64,000 bases of DNA from Balanoglossus misakiensis (GCA_040954595.2 CM082589.2:10614894-10678893); one strand, 5' to 3'; numbered from the stretch's first letter, positions 24,822 to 37,189 are shown. Notes: generated by a model not told the origin, from the letters alone. Numbers and translations are program-made.

Positions 24822-25175
24822 GTCATAGTCCAGTGGTTAGAGCATCAGACCCATAATCAAAGAATCAAGAGTTTGATCCCTGGCATGGTTGTGGTGTTGT
24901 GTCCTCTGGCAAGGCAATTTACATCTCCTTGCCTCTCCCCGCCTATAAGAAAAGGGTAATTTGGTGGATCGGATATTGTAATGTGTATGTATAGGTCTGC
25001 TTTGCTGATATAAAAGCTGCACATGTGAGCTGTTGTTTGCTCCCCATGGAGTGGAATGGAATATTTTAGGTCCAACGACCTAGGTCAAATTACCATGGGA
25101 AACACTTCAAAGCAGCACATTGAGATTTATTGCATAATGTGCTATATAAGTAATAAATATTATATTGATATTATT
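24822..25175 (+). mobile_element. tRNA-derived SINE
   Basis: A-box-like tagtccagtggttagagca, B-box-like gagtttgatccc, central gttgtgtcctctggcaaggcaatttac, body tgctccccatggag, tail gtgctatataa followed by AT-rich repeats. 3' fragments recur at ~530-660, ~21600-21730 and ~25700-25830. Confidence 0.7.
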
Positions 25176-25249
25176 ACATAAACAACACTCTTACTTAGCA
25201 AAGGAAGTGGTCAGGTGAACTATATTCGCAGAGCTGACCAATTGTTTAA

Positions 25250-25591
25250 AGGGGCAAAGTCTCTCATCGCTGCCTTTTTTCAATTAATTATGTATGATAC
25301 AAGACGCCATTGATGTTATTCTACATGTGGATATATGGTGAATCAACATTCGACCACACACAACTTCCGTCTCGTTTGTACGATATGAGAGTAAAAACTC
25401 GCCCAAAATGAATAAATGGTAAAGAACGATTATTCATTTTGGCGAGTTTTTCACTCTCCTGTCTATAAGAGGGATGGAAGTTGTGTGTGGTTGAACGTTC
25501 ATTCGCTATATATCCACATGTAGAATAACAAACGGTGTCTCTTATCAAATATAATATGGGAAAAGGGCAGCGAGAGAGAGACTTTGTCCCT
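25250..25591. mobile_element. Kolobok-type MITE, second copy
   Basis: TTAA at 25246-25249, AGGGGCAAAGTCTCTC start, GAGAGACTTTGTCCCT end. The right TSD is absent. Confidence 0.8.
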
Positions 25592-26124
25592 CACATGGGG
25601 ATTAAATGCATATGCGTGTGTATTTAAAGTTAACTGTAAATCCCCAGGTTAATACGTGGCCAAAAGCACTGTAATTTGGCATTTCTAATGATGGTGAGAT
25701 GTTGTTTGCTCCCCAGGGAGTTGAATGGAATATTTAGGTCCAACATCCTAGCTCAAATGACCATGGGACAACTTAAAGCACGTTGAGATTTAATGTGCTA
25801 CATAAGTTATAAATATTATAAAAATATTATTACATAAACAACACTCTTCCTTAGCAAAGGAAGTGGTCAGGTGAAATATATTCGCAGAGCTGACCAATTC
25901 TTTAAGGAAAATTAAAGTTGGGTAATTTGGATGTATTCATACGAGTGTTGGTCAATGATAGGAAAGTCCTTTGTTCATTTTCAAAATGAAAACCAAAAAT
26001 GCGAACAAAACACACTGAATTACGTATGGGATATTGATGTTGCCTAATTTGCGTGACTCTACATTTACTTAAACTCTCACAGGGAGACAAATGTCACAGC
26101 AAACGGAAAAATGATTATGCTAAG

Positions 26125-28093
26125 CAATACGCCAACCTTTAAAATATTACTTTAGAAAGTTTGTATTCATACTTTCTTCAAGTTGTCATAACGCTACCCC
26201 AAAATGTGTTTAAGTATTGCCTTTGTATTAATGGGCTAGATTCATGGCGTTATATGTCATAAATTAAAAAGCCAACCCTTATTGATTTTGATAATATTTA
26301 TGTCGGAGAATCCACAATGAAAAATATGTATTTCAATTTCATAACTCAAAATGATTTTCAAATCCATGACCTTATTTTCAACTCCAGTGATCGTACATCC
26401 TGAACCTTGTGCCAGTAAATGATTGGCCATTACAGGGTTAATGGGCACTCTCCCGTTCTCTTCCTCCGCAGTTTCATTCATGTTCTTGTTTGACGGAAAT
26501 GGGTGTGACCAGACGCTTGAATGTTTTCATGTGGGTGTCGTTGTTCATCGGGATCGGTCTCCTGGTGTGTCTGTACAGGTACGCAAGGAGAAACTGCCCA
26601 CAAGAAGCTGCGAGTGAAACTATTTAAGGTAGTATGTGCCTCGCGGTCCGAGATTCAGACAAATGATAGTCCTCAAAACTTTTTCAAGTCTTTGATTTAC
26701 TAAAGTGTATGGTGAGTCTCTTTGAAAACAACAAAAACATTACTCACCATATTGTTATATTTTTGAAAGTTTAAAATGAAGTTGACAATGTACCAAACAG
26801 ATTCTATTTATTTCTTCATGACCATGTTCACCCCAAGGTCATATGGACCTGCAAGTATATGCCAGAGCCAGAGTCGACATTACCGAAGCCAGAGTTCAAA
26901 GCTTGCAGGTCACCCCTTGCCAGCTCATGTCTAGCTAAACTGCCATGGATGCCAAGAGATATAGGACTACAGTAACCTGTAGATGGTTTCAGTATGTTTG
27001 AAGAAAGTGGTGGCGCACTTTTGGCTACATTTGAAATGGCTATGGTACCAGTGGTTGAATTTGCAAAGGTGACCTTTGACCTGGTATCATTAAAGATATT
27101 AAAGAACGATTGAACATTCCTTGTTGTCGTAAAATGACATCTGTAATAACTTATATTTTATCTGTTCATCTTGAAGTACTATATATTTAAACGCCAATTT
27201 TCCATTGCCAATCAAGTTTTTACAAATAAATTGTAATATGCATGTTGATTTTACAAAAACTCCTTACTTCCAAGTGAATTCTGTTACACATCACGTAAAT
27301 ATTTTCCCCACGAATTCTTCAGTTGCTGACTCGGAAATTTCATATATTGGGCAGAAATTGGATACATTACCGAGCCATTAAAATTACAGTTTTCTATTTT
27401 AATTGATCTTCCATAACTTCAAGTACTTTGATTTGACATAAATTAAAAACATCATGGTGAATAAATAAAAAATCTTTGATTATCTAATTGTGCATGTTTA
27501 CATGGTTTTATTTTAGTATGCTGGGTACTTAATGTCTAATTGCTCGCTGATTTTATACTGTTCAAGATGACAATCTAATTTTAGTTTTCAGCTGATAATG
27601 GAAATCACTGATTAAAAAAATTGAATTTTGTCATGAATAAACTTGTTGTTCATGGCAGTTGCTGTATTTTGTTTCATGTGTATTCAATTTTTGCAAGAAT
27701 ACCATTGAGCACAGTTTGATTTGATTAAACACGTTTATCGGAAAATTTTGTCATTTGAAATATCTGTTTTTGCGCCCTCTACCATTTGACCAAATGATTC
27801 TCTTATTTTGGTGGCCTTTGTCTGTGTATATGAGAATACTATAGTACTCTCGCATCGATGATAGTAGAAGTTGAAAACGTCTCTTGCCACGTGGCCTAGA
27901 AGAAAGGTGATCTTTAGAGTAAAATAAAACAAACTATCCAGATAGGAAGCTAGAAAAGAAGTTGAATCGTTGAAATTTTATTTATTTTTATATTGTTAAT
28001 ATCGTTGGTGATGTTGACTGGCCGACAATCTTTGTCACACCAGTATTTGCAGGTAGATTAAAACATTGCCTATTCCAGCAATAATCACAACAG
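26125..28093. repeat. ~1.97 kb dispersed repeat, copy 1 (unclassified)
   Basis: Near-identical to 42924-44891, from caatacgccaacc to aatcacaacag. Confidence 0.9.
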
Positions 28094-28307
28094 TCTTACT
28101 TTTTCTATCTTTGTAAGCGTTAATCTTTATTGACCTCGCTTGTTGTTTTGTGTTTTTGTGTTGTTTTTGTTTTTGTTTTGTTTTTTTAGTAGTTTCATAA
28201 TTTTATTTGTATTTTTAAAATGTTTTCCTGTTTTTTGTTTACTTTTTTATTTTTTTTACTATTTGTTGATTGTAATGCTGTATGGGTCTCGACTGTCGGT
28301 CCCAACT

Positions 28308-29604
28308 TGTCATATAATTAGGTAGTACTGGAGTCAGTGGAAACCCAGGTGCCCGCATAATTTCAGGTGTAGTGACACCGTGTATTGTCATGTTAATGAA
28401 TAGGGCTTCGTTAGCTAAGTTTCGTGTAGTAAGAGAGCACACTTCAATTTAGGTCTTGAAGGGAGCAACAAGTCGGGTCTCCCTGCTCAGTGAGTAGAAA
28501 TACTAGGGGAAATATTGCACCATACCTTGCTGTGTCCATGTAATGCTGTAGCGCGCATTAGTGCTCTCAGGACCACTGTTTCTGCAATTCGAGTGGAAGT
28601 AAATTCAGTACTTCTAGAAAGCAGAATTGTGCTTATTCAGTGCAAACCGGTGTGGTCGGGCGATTGGCGTGGCTGGCATGGTCGTATGTGGTGTGGCTGG
28701 AAATTGCTCCAAGCAGAGTTCTGTGGAACCATCCTATAGACCCGGTATTGCTGAGCATGAAGTGTGGTGAAGAATTCTCGTGTAAGTAATGTATTTGTTT
28801 ATTTATTTACTATAACTTAAATTTATATTTTATGGATATTTATGTCAAATTCGACAATTTGTAAGTAATAGGACGGTCATAGTTAAAGCATAATTTTCCA
28901 TGATATCACATGTAATCATGACGCTTTAACTAGTCCAAATTTCTGATAATTATTATTGAGAAACGTCAGTATTCATTTGTGAACAGTTGCTAAGGTGGAC
29001 ATTTCAGTCAATGTTTGTTGATTTTTCATTCAGCCATTTAACCCAAGACTTGCATCTAACAAGTCAGTCTTCAGTGTGTTTACTTGACTACTGGAGGACT
29101 ACAAGTGGTAGAAAACATGGTGTATCACAGATTGTATGTGTAATGTGGATCGTTGCTACATCGTTCATCTATACAGGACTCCATCCCATATTGTGGTTGA
29201 ATCATGATTGTTTACTATGAATGTTATATACAGCTAAGTGACACTTACCATTGTTTAGACAATATGCAATAGACAATAAACTATAGTGATATTGTGAATA
29301 TATTCATTTATGTAATATATTAAGTAACCCATTGTATTGTATGACCAATTGTATCAGCATACCTGTACCTGCTAAATTGGTTAGGACAGAGACATTTGAT
29401 ATTGTGCATATTGTGCACAAAAATTATATTCCTAGTATTATCTTTATATTATTTAATTGATTTAAATTAAATCAACTGTATTATTGTATCCGCACTGGTT
29501 TGTGTAGTTTCTCCCCATACCTTATCCACGGATGTTTACTCCTTGGCACTGAGAGCTGCTCAATATTTATCCTGGAATCAGAGGGGTGCCCTCCACCTCT
29601 GACA
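28308..29604 (+). repeat. 5' LTR (~1.3 kb)
   Basis: TGTCA...TGACA ends, followed 2 nt later by the PBS. The start is inferred because no 3' LTR is available for comparison. Confidence 0.65.
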
Positions 29605-29606
29605 TT

Positions 29607-29623
29607 TGGGGGCTCGTCCGGGA
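29607..29623 (+). promoter_or_regulatory. Primer binding site, tRNA-Pro
   Basis: TGGGGGCTCGTCCGGGA, the canonical tRNA-Pro PBS. Confidence 0.9.
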
Positions 29624-29904
29624 GTTTTATCGTTTTGTTGTGCATTTGTTTGTATACTATCATAAATTGTTGCCATATAGTGGAGACCATGGTTTTGATA
29701 GGTAGAGATTCTGCAAATTGTGAAGACGGTGCTGGGTCTGTAGGCTGGTACTGTTACTGTATGTGCGCTTGTGGTTTCCTGCTATATAATATGGGCCGTG
29801 TTGGTTTGCGTCGTGCGTTTGGCTGTGTTGACTTGTGCTGAATGCCCTGTACTGCTAGGGGTTGTCAAACTGGGGGTTGTAAATCGCGATACAGCAAAGC
29901 ATAT

Positions 29905-31715
29905 ATGCAGAAAGAATATCTAAGATAGGGAGAAAATTTGGGTTGGAAGGGACTGCTTTAAAAGATTATGTTAGAGAGGAACAAATTAGACAGAGGGATC
30001 TTAGGGCTACTGAGAGAGAGGAGCAGAGAGAAGATAATAGGCGGCGCGAGGAACATGAGAGAGAGATACTGAAAATGCAAATTCACTTACAAGAATTAAA
30101 ATTGAAAGGGGAAAATACAGAACAGCAGGTTACTGAAAATAATTTGGCCAAAGCGCGTGCTCCGAGACTACAGGGTTTTCGTGAGGATGTTGATGATATG
30201 GATGCGTACCTTCAACGTTTTCAGCGCTACGCCACTGCTCAGAAGTGGGAAAAAGATGACTGGGGGTGAATCTCAGTGCATATTGTTACAAGGTAAGGAT
30301 GTATCCACATACAACCAAATGCCTGCAGCGTCTGCAAATAATTATGATGAATTGAAACCAGAGTTATTGAGGGCTTACCAGTTAAGTGAGGAGAGTTTTC
30401 ATGACAAGTTCCGTTCGTGTATGCCACATTATGATGAAAGTGCTCAAAAGTTTATGGACCGTATTGGTGACTATTTGGGCAGATGGGTAGAACTGGCTGG
30501 TACTCCAAAGACGTACAATGGGCTTACAGATCTGTTACTTCGAGAGCAGTTTATTGGAGTATGTTCCAGAGACATGGCAATGTTCATTAGAGAGCGACGG
30601 CCAGAGAATGTCCAAGAGATGGTATCTACTGCCTCAAAATACTTAGATGCCCGAGGGTGGTGGAAACTGCCAAGTAATGCCAAGAATAATCCAAGGAGCC
30701 AGCCGACAGCAAATACCAAGCCTGCTGTATATCCAAATCAAGTAAATAAGTTTAATAACAAAACCAATGGTTCCCATGTTTTTAAAGGTACGTGCTTCGT
30801 ATGTGGTAAAGGTGGTCATATGGCCAAAGATTGTAGAAGTAAGCCAAAGATGCATAAGACGGCGGTATTGTTAACTGAAGAAGATAGAAACTATCCACCT
30901 AAACAAGAATGTACACATTGGGGCAACCGTCAACAGCCCAGGGGACTAGACACTGGTTATGCATGTATGGTGGTAGCAATGGAAATAGATAAAACAGATG
31001 CAACACTGAATAAGGAGTTCGTGTTACCATGTGGTCATAAGCTCCCAGTGATGAGTGCTGCTTGTAGTGCCCATGGAGTGAAGAAGATGCCGGTAATGAA
31101 GGGATTGCTCGATGGTAAGCTGGTTAGCGTTTTGCGTGATAGTGGGTGTAGTAGCGTGGTAGTTCGAAGAAGTCTGGTGTCAAGTAATCAGCTGACTGGT
31201 GAGTACAGGACGTGTGTTCTGATAGATGGGACTATTAGAAGAGTACCTGTAGCCTCTATAAAAGTTGATACCCCTTACTTTGTTGGTGATGTTACTGCAC
31301 TGTGCATGATGAACCATGTGTATGATTTAATACTGGGCAACATTGATGGTGTATCTGACCCTTCGAATCCTGATACTACATGGCAGGAACCATTGCCGAC
31401 ATGTAGACTGTGTACAACTGTTGGACAGGTACCAGGTTTAGCAAATGCTGTGGAGACCAGAGCCCAGAAGATAGCCAACCAAAAACCAATCAGAGAGCTT
31501 AAAGTACCTAAAGCTGTTGGTGAAGTGGTGATGCCAGGGAAGCTTCAACAAGCTCAAGAAGAAGACTCCACTCTTGACAAACTACGTGAGAAGGCAATTT
31601 TGGGTGACGAGAAAGTGACTAGGAATGGAGGTAGGTTGAAGTTCATCATGAAAGATGGGATCCTGTACAGAGAGTTCAATTCGCCAATGGTCCAATTTGG
31701 TGAAAAGCTGTTACA
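29905..31715 (+). pseudogene. gag: Gag (SCAN-like capsid region, CCHC) and protease of the Gmr1-type element
   Basis: GLEGTALKDYVREEQ, DAYLQRFQRYA, frameshift near 30265, LLREQF, CFVCGKGGHMAKDC, LRDSGCS. Interrupted at 31715. Confidence 0.85.
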
Positions 31716-31799
31716 CACTGCGGGAAATACTAGAGCTATGTTGGGCAGTATTCCGCGAAGCGCGAGCTCCCATGTTCACCATAGCAACGCATTGCCAAG

Positions 31800-32450
31800 A
31801 TGGCGGCGCCCGTGTTGATCGATGCCGAGAAAGTTATAAAACGCAAATTGCGAGAGGCAAAATCTGTGCTTAAACGTAAAAAATGCGTGTCGGACAATCT
31901 GTATATACACCCACTCTTTGATGAACTTGAGGATGTGACAACAAGGGTCATATTTCGAAACGACAAGCTGTCAAAGGACAAGATTCGTTGGCGTGACGTC
32001 GCCGTATTTCCCATGTTTCAGCGTGATATGACCTACTGGCAGAAGACCTTCTACGCTCGGCTGTCAACATCCCCGTCGTTAAGGTCACCATGGCAAAGCA
32101 GCTTTACACGACAAATGCCGAGGGAAGTATTTGATGTTTTTCATCAGTTTGCTACTCGGACCGGTTTTGGTATCGACGAGAAGACCTCCAGGGCTATCAT
32201 AACCTTGACCTTCACAAGTTCCTTGAAGCTATTGTATGTGATACGGAAAGGTTATTGCTACGAGGGCGCTATCGGTCAGCATACAGAGAATATCCTAGAG
32301 AAGAAAGTCCGTGGAAAGAGGGTAGCTGTTATATTCACACCTGAGAAGCCCTGTGTTGTGAAATATTTTATCAACAGGGAGACTGTTGCTGTTAGATTCA
32401 GCTTTGGTGCCTGGAACAAACATGGAATTCCATTACATCCAGAGAACTGA
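31800..32450 (+). CDS. Unknown 216-aa basic protein (second gene of the CACTG element)
   Basis: Uninterrupted ORF starting aagATGGCGGCG, 84 bp inside the terminus, with AATAAA at ~32579. No domain recognised. Confidence 0.65.
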   Translation: MAAPVLIDAEKVIKRKLREAKSVLKRKKCVSDNLYIHPLFDELEDVTTRVIFRNDKLSKDKIRWRDVAVFPMFQRDMTYWQKTFYARLSTSPSLRSPWQSSFTRQMPREVFDVFHQFATRTGFGIDEKTSRAIITLTFTSSLKLLYVIRKGYCYEGAIGQHTENILEKKVRGKRVAVIFTPEKPCVVKYFINRETVAVRFSFGAWNKHGIPLHPEN

Positions 32451-33302
32451 ACCCTATTGATTTTTCACACTGATTCAACCCATCTGAGGAACATTTTTTT
32501 CCTGATCTGTGGCACATGTTGTTCAGTGTAGATGTATCAGTCTGTCAAGACAGTCCTCTCACAATTGACATATATTCAAATAAAAAAAGGAAAATTAGAA
32601 GACTCAAAAATTCATCACTTGTCTTTATTTATCTACATTCAATACAAATGAACAGATAATGTTTACAAAATTTCCTAAACTGTAAAATTCTTTTTTTCCA
32701 TCATTATTGTAACATAGATTTTTCATTAGTTTCAGAAAAAAATGTATGTTACCTACAATCAACATTGATAAGTCAATCAAAACTGCTCATCTAACAGTTA
32801 ACCAGGATTTCTGGTCTAAATTTAATTAATATTTACAATTAATTCCATGACAAAATTTATAAATATCAAGAATTTGATGAGACTTAATTCTTTATTTTTT
32901 CACAAATTCATTAAAATTTCGTGCAGGTGCAGAATAAACAACTCCTCAAGAAAAATGTAAAACTTTTCTATCAAGCTTATGTATGTCATACATTTTAATT
33001 TTGCAAAGCACTGCAATCACTATACGATTAAGGGTTTATTCACAATACTTAATAGTGGTAAGATAAGTTTCAATTTCCCTGTCCCCATACATGCACACAT
33101 ATACAAAATCCCATAAGAAACATATCATCTCCAGTTCAAAAAGTGTGAATTCATGTGATTTGTGATCTCCATTTTTATTAAATGCAGCTCTCAACTACAG
33201 ATGAGTCTTTATAATTCTGTAATGTAATTAATACTATAGTTATCCTTTAATTCTAAAGTAGCACACAGTGACACAATCCACTGTTTCAAATTCAATCATT
33301 GT

Positions 33303-36300
33303 TCACAGCATAAGTTTCTTGAGTTTATTTGATATTTTACCAGTGACAGCTGCTTTTTTTATGTCATCCATAATTGGGTCAACACATATTTCACAGGCAG
33401 TCATTGTTTCATTTTTTTAAATTGCCACACATACAGTAGCCTGCATTCTCATAATATCGACTGGGAATGTATTTTTCTTTTTCTTTAAGCTCAAATTGAC
33501 CTACATTTGCATTTCTATAGTTGTCAGCTTTTGGACTTTTGTTCCTCAGCCAAAAAAGCATCACATATTCGTGTCGAAATATGAGGGCCCACCTATTTTG
33601 AGGTGTAGAATTTTCACTGAATTCTAGCAGGCGTAGATGCTTTGCCTCTCTGCCTTCCATTGTGTTTAGGCCTAATCCCAGACTGAATTGCTTATAGATA
33701 CTAGTGGTGTGTTTTGGGACTACATAACCAATGTGCCACACAGTATTATTGACATTCAGAAACAGGGAATGTAGATTAAAGTACCACCGACACTTATGCC
33801 TAAGTACAAGCAAATCTCCCTCATTTATGTTGAATCGTGAGAATAACAAAGTGATATCTCTAAGCAAGATACCAGTATATGTGTAGAGAGCTAATTGAGC
33901 CCGACGCTTTGGTCTGTCTGTATCGCTTCTCAATGCTAATACCAATCCTATGAAATGCCAAGCAAGTTTGCGAGACTCCTCACCAGTGAAGCGATAAACC
34001 ACATTAATGTTGGCATTTGACTTGACACTATTTTCATTGAAGTATTTTACAATCTTATTATACAACTTTCCAGCTTTTACTTGATATTTTAGGGCAGACA
34101 GGAATTTGTACAGATATGACTCGTTAGGTAGATTCTCAATTTTAACTCCATTTTCACGACCCTTTTCCGAAGTGTGGGCAACTGCGTCAATCAGTAATCG
34201 TTGGAAGTAGTATTGCCATGCATTGTTCTTTAAATGCAATGGCTCAGCCTTGGCACAATCAATAAATCTACCCAACGGTGGTACAAATTCCTGTCTTGAC
34301 CTCAGACTGGCTATAAATTGTGTGATTTTGGGTCGCACTGTTTTGGGCTTTCCAGTTTTAATTTTCTTAGTTGACTTCAACTTTTCAACAGCTTCTGCAT
34401 CTTTAATTCTTTTCTGATATTTCCATTCATCCCACTTCTGACCTGGGCCAATTTCTGCTCCAATACAATCAATATCATTTTTGGAACGTTAGCAAATGAG
34501 CTGAAATACTTTGCTGCATTGCTTAGTTCTCCAGACACACTGGCCAATCCCTTCTGATCAAAGGGTAAAAGTGACACCTGAAAAGTTACATCAAGACTGC
34601 CAACTTTATATTTACGTTTCTCAATACACTCAAGGTCTTTTGACAATGCAATTGCAAATTCAATCATTATGGGGTCATCCTCTTTTATGTTTGCCCCTAA
34701 TAGGAGAAAATTGTGGTCTGGGCTAGCAACACGGTGGGTCACATTCAAGAAACTAACTAGCCATGCAGTGGCCTGTCCATGTTTGCCAAACGGAGCCCCG
34801 TCAGCACCTATACTGATTTGAAATGAGCCCTCCTGTTTACCGAACCAGTTAAGAATATCAGGCTGTGTTTCCCCCATATTTAAATATAAACTGGCAATCT
34901 TAATAAGCAACTCCTCAGGGTTTCTTTTTAAGCCGACTTGTTTGCCTTCAGATGATATAATTGGCTCAAGATTTCCAATGTCAAGGTTACTTACATACTG
35001 TACAACTTTTGTGTATGGGAGCAGTCTTGGTATTCTACAGCCAGAATGAATTTCTAATGCTTTCCTAGGATGTTTCAAGTTGGAGAACATCTGAAGTTCA
35101 CTCTGCCTCAGACAGTTATATTTTCGTTTGGATAGTACTCCGCCCTCATACATAGTTCTGACACTCCTCACCAAATTGTTCTCACTTTTCTCAAATTTAC
35201 TGATGTATTTATCAAATACTGATGGCATTACTTTTTTACTGATTTGGGGAGAGGTTCTGAAGAATGTTTTCATTTGGTCAGGAGTGGCAGAATTAACAAG
35301 AGTATACCACAAACCATCAAGTGCTGCTTTTGGTGGATGTAGTACATTCGGTTTATTTATACCTTTGGCTGGGCTTACATCTGTAGTTGCTACATGAATA
35401 TTTATGGCTGCTGATAAGGTTTCACACCTACGTTCATACTGTTGACGTCGCGACAGCTTCAAAGATTCACTATTATCTGCACATACTTCAGTGTTCTTGT
35501 GGACCCATTTAGAGCGTTTCACATTAACAACATCAACAGGAATCTGAAAGATTAAGTGTGTGATAAATATATACTAATTAGAATATAATCATTATATATA
35601 AAATAAAATCTTCTTACAAGTTAATCATTAATTTAAATGTCCTTGATAAGAAATACACACGTGTAGCCTGTATTTTTCTGACAACTTCTGCAATAAAAAT
35701 CCTAAAAAATATACATAGTTTGTTGGAAAACCTAGATGTTTTGCATCAAAGCTGAACCCATTTTGTTATCATTGTTTACACAGGATCATGTGACATGAAG
35801 TTCAAAAAGCGAATTTGGGCTAAAATTTGAAGAGGATTTATACAAATCTGAGATTTTTAAAATTATGACTAAGTCTATTTATCTGATCTAGCTTACCTTT
35901 CTCTTATTATTCTTTGTAGCTAAGATCTCACAAATCTTACTGTTCTTCTTCTCTAGTCTAGCTAGCTGGGTTGAGGATCTTTTTACTAGTCTCCTAGCTG
36001 CACTCAACTTATTCAACTTATCCTGAATTATGCTTTCTTCCTCATCTCTCTTTCTCTTTCTCTGTCTACACCACTCTCCTAAGTTAAACCTGTGTTTAGT
36101 CTGTCCTCTCTTTGTTCTAACTACCAATAGGTTGTTGGCCACGCTCCCAGACAAAGATCTAGTCTTCAATTTCTCCTGATATAGTTGTTGTAAACACTTC
36201 TCTTCAGCTACCTGTCTCGCTATCTTTTGGTCCTTTGCCCACTGGCCTATGTTGAAGTAACTTTTCCCTTTTCTATTCGGCATAACAATAGACAAACTTT

Positions 36301-36340
36301 TAAGAAGTGCGCTACTCCTGTTGAATAGTTTGCCCCACAT
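33303..36340 (-). pseudogene. RAG1/Transib/Chapaev-like DDE transposase, exons 36340-35897 and 35543-33303, ~890 aa, two 1-nt frameshifts
   Basis: Phase-0 GT-AG intron 35896-35544. Motifs IGADGAPFG, PFDQK, AEPLH, TMEGREAKH. The frameshift at ~34485 links the 381-aa and 323-aa ORFs. The frameshift at T7 (33412-33418) reveals a C-terminal CMCG...CEIC. The start codon is uncertain; further donors lie at 36492 and 37060. Confidence 0.75.
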
Positions 36341-37189
36341 GGCTCTAAATCTATACCTGAAAAGGGTGAACAAGAGAAATATCTTTACAATAATTATCTA
36401 TCCGAGGGAAGCAAAAACAAAACACCTGCTCATTATACTTCCTCCAGAAATTGAGGTCAAAGGTGACATAGAAAGAATGTGGGTAACCTTACCATAACAA
36501 TCTCGTCCATTCATTTTTTTCTTATTTCGTTTTCACCCTCGAATTTCCAGCGAATTATATCAAGAATATATTTTAGCACAAACTATTGGTTTCTGATTTT
36601 TCAGTTACGGTCTTATTTTCTGTCAATTCTATGAACAATATCACCATGTCGCCGAAAATTCGAAGCGCCGCCATTACAATCAATGTAACCCGTGCTGCTG
36701 CCAAGGAACACACAGGGTCGTATATTTTCGCTTGGTATGATTTCGTCATATTGCTTGTAGCAGCATTTTAAACATGGAATCCTATGTTTACGTATAAAAG
36801 ACTAAATTCGTATGGTTTTCAAATTGAAAAAAACAATTCTGTGAAGCTGAATCGTTGTAATTTTTAGTGTTTGTTTATGGTTGCTTAGGACGGCTTCTGC
36901 TATAGCAACGGCCAGGGACTGTCAGCGGGTGATCAAAATGTTCAAGTTATTTGGCTGATACACATAAATAACACAGCAGAATCGCAACTTTATTTCATAT
37001 TGTCTCTGACATCTTGCTAATTTTACTAAACAAAACTTGGAATAAAGCAATATTACTCACCGAATTATGCTGTGCATCGACAGCTGTGTTCGATCGCGAA
37101 CGCCATTACTGTGTCTAATTAAATATTCATGAGCTTCATAGGCTGCCACGGAAATACTGCCCATAGGTGGCGTCGTTCAAGCTGTAGTG

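Larger units (their letters stand above)
31716..37189 (-). mobile_element. CMC/Transib-related DNA transposon (CACTG...TAGTG ends, 3-bp TSD) with two convergent genes
   Basis: TSD ACA at 31713-31715 and 37190-37192. Removing the element and one TSD restores the host frame: GAA AAG CTG TTA CAG GTG GTG GTT CCC (EKLLQVVVP). Bipartite inverted ends. Confidence 0.85.

Noticed and set aside
24822-24895. tRNA gene
   Set aside because: The A/B boxes are degenerate, there is no clean cloverleaf, and it continues into a SINE body and tail.
31800-32450. RAG2-like gene
   Set aside because: Too short, with no kelch-repeat pattern or PHD cysteines. Only its position resembles RAG2L.
31705-37185. Alternative 7-bp TSD AAGCTGT (31705-31711, 37179-37185), suggesting a Dada-like element
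   Set aside because: Excision with these ends leaves TAG TGA stops in the host frame. The ACA TSD with CACT ends restores an open frame and gives matched 18-nt spacers.
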